Shown in pieces: positions 62,752-64,000 of a stretch of 64,000 nt of DNA (within the stretch, counting starts at the first letter, position 1; the number at the start of each line of letters is the position of its first letter). Under the pieces are notes generated by a model. It worked only from the letters and a program-made list of their open reading frames with translations. It was not told the DNA's origin and searched no databases. Origin of the DNA: Chiloscyllium plagiosum (Eukaryota); the NCBI RefSeq assembly GCF_004010195.1, contig NC_057734.1, positions 25,236,382-25,300,381 of the forward strand, given 5' to 3'. The position numbers and the translations under genes are program-made.

Positions 62752-63039
62752 CTGAACGAGACAGACTGCTTATAAAACTGAAACATTTACAAACAGCCAA
62801 ATTTTACACCATTATAGATCTGAAATACATCACTGCATTTTTAAGTTAATTAGTCCATCGGCTGTTTTAAACACAGGCAAAATAAGATTCCACTTTAAGT
62901 TGTCTGTATTTTTTCTAATGCTGTTACATGCAGCAATGATCCACATAATTCCATTTGAAAAAAAAGTTCATGAATTAGTACAAACCTTCAAACTTCTAAA
63001 TAAATGATAAAATACTGATGAAGATTTGAAAATGCTAAA

Positions 63040-63272
63040 TACAAGTTTTGAAATGTTTAAATGTGTCAAAACTGCAACATGAGAATAGAATCTACATTGA
63101 GAAAATTCAAGGTTGAGATAGAAAGTTTTTTTAATATCAGAAAGGGAAGCAAGGGTTATGGAGAAGAGACAAGAAAGTGGAGTTGAGGATTATCAAATTA
63201 ACCATGATGCCATTGAATGGCGGAGCAGACGCGATGGCTGAATTCCCTAATTCTTCTCCTACATCTTATGAA
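63040..63272 (+). mobile_element. CR1 3' tail
   Basis: ccatgatgccattgaatggcggagcagacgcgatggctgaattccctaattcttctcctacatcttatg. Confidence 0.7.
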
Positions 63273-64000
63273 CTTAAGTATATTATAAATATATTAAATA
63301 CAGACTTTAAAAAGAAACAAAGAGATATACAGATATTACATAATTTAAAAAAGTTATATACAGCATTAGTGATAGCCATTTATGTCATGGCCCACTATAC
63401 AATTGCTTAAGCAAATCAGGTTATGACTTTTTTCTAAGATCACGTAGGGACATCAGTATGATTGACCGCTATATGTCATTTTCTGGTTGTGGATTAACTG
63501 AGTACTCAATAATAACAAGTGATTATTTGATGCAAAGGATTCTGGAGACAGATCAGATCACTGGACAGTTCACCACTATAACTTATATTCCTTCACTTTC
63601 AGAAGTAACATATTGAGATACTATCCTATCAGAAAGTTAGATGCAAATTTCCTATTGATATTGCCCACAGGGACACTCTGTTAATTCAGCACAGGTGGGA
63701 CCAAACCTTACAGGTAAAATGAGGAATGGGGTGGGAAGACTGGTGCAGTGGGAGAGGGAAGAAGGAACGAGTCAGAGAAACGAAAAAAAACACTTGAAAG
63801 TTTGATGGATTTACTCTCATTAGATCAGTAATAAATTTGGATGTTAATTCAGGGACCAGGCTAACTGGGATTCCAAAAAAGGGAGAATGACAAAATAGAT
63901 CAAAAGCCTTTTGAAAAATGTGATTTCATTTCAAAGAACCCATCAAAAATGACTGCTCAAAGATCCTCTGAATATATGTAAGAAAAATATGGCAGCAACT

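Overview
Eukaryotic DNA, almost certainly from a shark (HE1-type SINEs, HER1/CR1 LINEs, elasmobranch Penelope-like elements). The whole window lies inside a minus-strand KDM2B (FBXL10/JHDM1B) gene. Five consecutive canonical GT-AG coding exons splice in frame: 62751-62598, 60304-60189, 49086-48960, 46729-46254 and 21685-21599. They cover the C-terminal half of the JmjC domain through the linker before the CxxC domain. A sixth 16-codon exon at 10096-10049 (MSLSADDEEYDSDPEQ), missed by the ORF track, looks like the alternative first exon of the JmjC-less short isoform. It lies in a repeat-free, CpG-retaining, CCAAT-box-containing internal promoter and has an in-frame uORF. Introns are dense with retroelements. 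Best leads: (1) a candidate frame-preserving 12-nt microexon (or 60-nt cassette) next to the Fe-binding WIH motif of the JmjC domain; (2) the short-isoform promoter/uORF; (3) a family of short palindromic Penelope-derived elements carrying minimal hammerhead ribozyme motifs, several flanked by target-site duplications. Repeat boundaries are by-eye estimates. Family names and human comparisons are from recall, not from a database search.
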